From assembly GCA_963826525.1 (NCBI GenBank), contig CAWGXH010000004.1, positions 576,001 to 640,000 on the forward strand: 64,000 nucleotides of DNA, written 5' to 3'. Shown piece after piece: positions 63,303 through 64,000 of the stretch; the first letter of the stretch is position 1, and each line of letters begins with the position of its first letter. The translations under genes and the position numbers were made by a program. Source of the DNA: an uncultured Methanomicrobiaceae archaeon. GTDB taxonomy: Archaea; Halobacteriota; Methanomicrobia; Methanomicrobiales; Methanoculleaceae. The notes beneath the pieces were generated by a model. That model ran no database searches, was not told the origin of the DNA, and worked only from the letters and a program-made list of their open reading frames with translations.

Positions 63303-64000
63303 CGCCGGTACCCCCGGAGGAGCAGGTAGATGAAGACCGGGGCGCCCATAAAAGCGGTCAGAACCGCCACGGGGAGCACGTACGGTGCCACGATGACCCG
63401 GGCGACGGTGTCGGAGGCGAGCAACAGGACGGCACCCATTACGCAGGAGCCGGGGATCAGGAATCGCTGGTCGTCCCCGATGATCCGCCTGACCATATGC
63501 GGGCAGACGAGCCCCACGAAGCCGATGACCCCGAGGAATGAGACGATCACCGCGGATACCAGCGCCGCAACGACCATTCCGATATTCCTGACCATCTCGA
63601 CGTTGACGCCAAGACCCTCGCGGTCTCGTCGCCGGCGTCGATGGAGTTGTAGTTCCAGCGGTTTGCGATGAAGAAGATGCACGCCGCTGCGACGACCACC
63701 GTCATGATCCCGAGTTCTTGCCAGTTGATACGGCCGACGTCGCCGAACGTCCAGAAGACGACCGCAGCGAGCTGGGCATCGCTGGCGAAGTACCTGGAGG
63801 AACATCGTGCCTGCGGTAAAGAGCGAGGAGAGCGCGACTCCCGCGAGCACCATCACCTCCGGCGACGCCCCCCGTACCCTCGAGATGAGCAGGATCACCG
63901 CGGTCGCAAGGAGGCAGAAGAAGAACGCTACCAGCGTCGTCAGGTAAGGATTGTTGATGGTGACGGCGTTCGCGACCGTCGACTGCATCTGTCCCGGTGC
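63299..64000 (-). CDS. FecCD/BtuC-family ABC permease, 5'-truncated by the window edge, 2 frameshifts
   Basis: MVLAGVAL, VFWTFGD after correction, GVIGFVGLVCPH, LLLASDTVAR, LPVAVLTAFMGAP. Confidence 0.88.
   Translation of the reverse strand, partial: APGQMQSTVANAVTINNPYLTTLVAFFFCLLATAVILLISRVRGASPEVMVLAGVALSSLFTAGTMFLQVLRQRCPARCGRLLDVRRRRPYQLARTRDHDGGRRSGVHLLHRKPLELQLHRRRRRDREGLGVNVEMVRNIGMVVAALVSAVIVSFLGVIGFVGLVCPHMVRRIIGDDQRFLIPGSCVMGAVLLLASDTVARVIVAPYVLPVAVLTAFMGAPVFIYLLLRGYRR

Noticed and set aside
60552-64000. Integrated element at tRNA-Asn
   Set aside because: No integrase and no duplicated tRNA 3' end within the window

Overview
A 64-kb GC-rich chromosomal segment from a hydrogenotrophic methanogen of the order Methanomicrobiales, probably Methanoculleus-like. 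The assignment rests on the frhADGB operon, mptA, DUF2124, archaeal rpoL, aIF-2beta and type II map, a CCA-less tRNA-Asn(GTT), and histidine kinases ending in DDRV.GRPE.GAAFRFTL. The window opens inside a group II intron (RT/maturase followed by recognisable RNA domains V and VI, 3' end at 1386). An accessory stretch follows, with large surface proteins, transporters, a DNase I-like lipoprotein, a stand-alone WYL protein, a small GTPase and several decayed genes including a TnpB fossil. After about 44 kb the genes are mostly housekeeping. More than 20 single-base frameshifts interrupt otherwise intact genes, including essential ones. Most fall at GTAC, AGCT or GATC, which points to base-calling errors at methylated motifs rather than real pseudogenes. 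The best candidates for undescribed systems are (i) a MenA-like prenyltransferase plus a long-chain-type prenyl synthase and a tautomerase, divergent from a kinase/HAD pair, in a lineage not known to make quinones or methanophenazine, and (ii) a wHTH-like/HerA-type ATPase, a stand-alone LigD phosphoesterase and an unannotated 53-aa C2H2 zinc-finger protein in one apparent operon. All family assignments come from reading motifs by eye; no database searches were run.
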